From IMG/VR virus record IMGVR_UViG_3300017605_001118, positions 3,332 to 67,331 of that record: a stretch of 64,000 bases of DNA, one strand, 5' to 3'. Both the position numbers and the translations under genes were made by a program. This document shows positions 62,838-64,000 of the stretch, piece by piece. The first letter of the stretch is position 1. Each line of letters opens with the position of its first letter. The notes below the pieces were generated by a model, which was given only the letters and a program-made list of their open reading frames with translations, searched no databases and was not told the origin of the DNA. Source of the stretch: a virus.

Positions 62838-63842
62838 ATGACACACGCGCTACTGACCGGTGCGTCCGGATTTGTGGGCAGTCACGTACTTCGCCACCTG
62901 CTCCAGTACACGGATTACACGTTCGCCCTCCCGGTGACCTTCAGGCACCGCGGTGTGCCGGCGCGCATCACCGCCGCGATCCACGGGAGGAAGGACTGGG
63001 AAGACAGGTGCGACGTCATCGTCTGCGACCTGACGGCCCCGGTCGATTCCATCACCGCTCATCGGTTCGGCCGTGTCGACGTGATGCTGAACATGGCGTC
63101 CGAGTCCCACGTGGACCGATCCATCACCGACTCCGGGCCGTTCATCGACAACAACACCCGGCTGATGGTCAACGTCCTGGAGTACGCCCTGCGGGCCAAT
63201 CCGGACGTCTTCCTGCATATGAGTACCGACGAGGTCTACGGGCCCGCCTACGGGGCGTACAAGCACGCTGAGTGGGACACCATCGCCCCCTCCAACCCGT
63301 ACGCCGCGTCCAAGGCGGCACAGGAGGCCATCGCCTTCAGCTACTGGCGCACTTTTGGGCTGCCGGTCGTCATCACCAACTGCATGAACCTCATTGGTCC
63401 AGGCCAATCCGGGGAGAAGTTCGTTCCCTCCACCATCCGGAAGATCCTCGCCGGGGAGACCGTGAAGATCCACGCCTCCCCCGAAGGCGTCTCCGGGTCC
63501 CGCTGCTGGATCGACGCGCAGGAGTTCGCCGCCGCGTGGCTGTTCCTTCTGGAGAACCACAACCCGGCCACGTTCCCCAAGGACACCCGCCCCTCCCGGT
63601 TCCACATCGCCGGTCAGGAGAAGTCCAACTCCTGGATCGCGTCCACCCTCGCCGAACTCCTGGATCGCCCCCTGAAGGCCGAACTGGAGTCCTTCCACTC
63701 CCAGCGGCCCGGCCACGATCTGCGGTACGCCCTGGACGACACGAAGCTGCGCAACGCCGGCTGGGCGCCCACCAAAGATCTCCGCGACACCCTCTCCGAG
63801 ATCGTGGACTGGTCGGTGGCGAATCCGGAATGGCTGACATGA
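62838..63842 (+). CDS. NDP-glucose 4,6-dehydratase (RmlB-like SDR)
   Basis: TGASGFVG, ASESHVDRS, STDEVYG, NPYAASK, RPGHDLRYA. Confidence 0.92.
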   Translation: MTHALLTGASGFVGSHVLRHLLQYTDYTFALPVTFRHRGVPARITAAIHGRKDWEDRCDVIVCDLTAPVDSITAHRFGRVDVMLNMASESHVDRSITDSGPFIDNNTRLMVNVLEYALRANPDVFLHMSTDEVYGPAYGAYKHAEWDTIAPSNPYAASKAAQEAIAFSYWRTFGLPVVITNCMNLIGPGQSGEKFVPSTIRKILAGETVKIHASPEGVSGSRCWIDAQEFAAAWLFLLENHNPATFPKDTRPSRFHIAGQEKSNSWIASTLAELLDRPLKAELESFHSQRPGHDLRYALDDTKLRNAGWAPTKDLRDTLSEIVDWSVANPEWLT

Positions 63843-64000
63843 CGCGCCCCCTGTTCACCCCGGCCCAGGTGAAAGTCCTCGCAGCCGCAGCCGAAGGCGG
63901 CACCGTGGCCGAGATCGCCGAACGCATGGGGCAGACACGCACCTATGTCGCAGCCCGGCTCTCCGAGGCGTACGTGCGACTGGACATCCAGATCTTCCCC
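63839..64000 (+). CDS. LuxR-type HTH protein, truncated by window edge
   Basis: ATGA-coupled; FTPAQVKVL...AEG.TV.EIA.RMG. Confidence 0.7.
   Translation, partial: MTRPLFTPAQVKVLAAAAEGGTVAEIAERMGQTRTYVAARLSEAYVRLDIQIFP

Overview
This is most of the genome of a high-GC tailed actinobacteriophage, very probably infecting Streptomyces or a relative (WhiB, HU, GREPA-type holin, TraB/Spd-like genes). Gene order is terminase large subunit (1354), portal, 2H-phosphoesterase/MuF fusion, protease, two capsid proteins, tail genes, tape measure, lysin (to ~32.8 kb); then a leftward early/accessory arm (32.8-50.8 kb); a rightward replication arm (primase-helicase-PolA fusion, Dam, Dcm, RuvC, PAPS-reductase-like); and a probable terminase small subunit plus an NDP-sugar dehydratase at the right end, suggesting a circularly permuted genome that is nearly complete. 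I see no integrase. The most unusual elements are: (1) a Streptomyces plasmid-type conjugation module (TraB-like FtsK ATPase, Spd-like membrane protein, dense CGTTG repeats) inside a complete virion-encoding genome; (2) two copies of a ~640-bp nested-palindrome non-coding element in inverted orientation ~40 kb apart; (3) repeated promoter-gene-terminator cassettes; (4) a tRNA with the bldA anticodon (UAA) on a short-variable-arm, Phe-like body; (5) an antisense, apparently catalytically dead paralog of the head protease. All product calls come from motif recognition by eye; no database searches were run.
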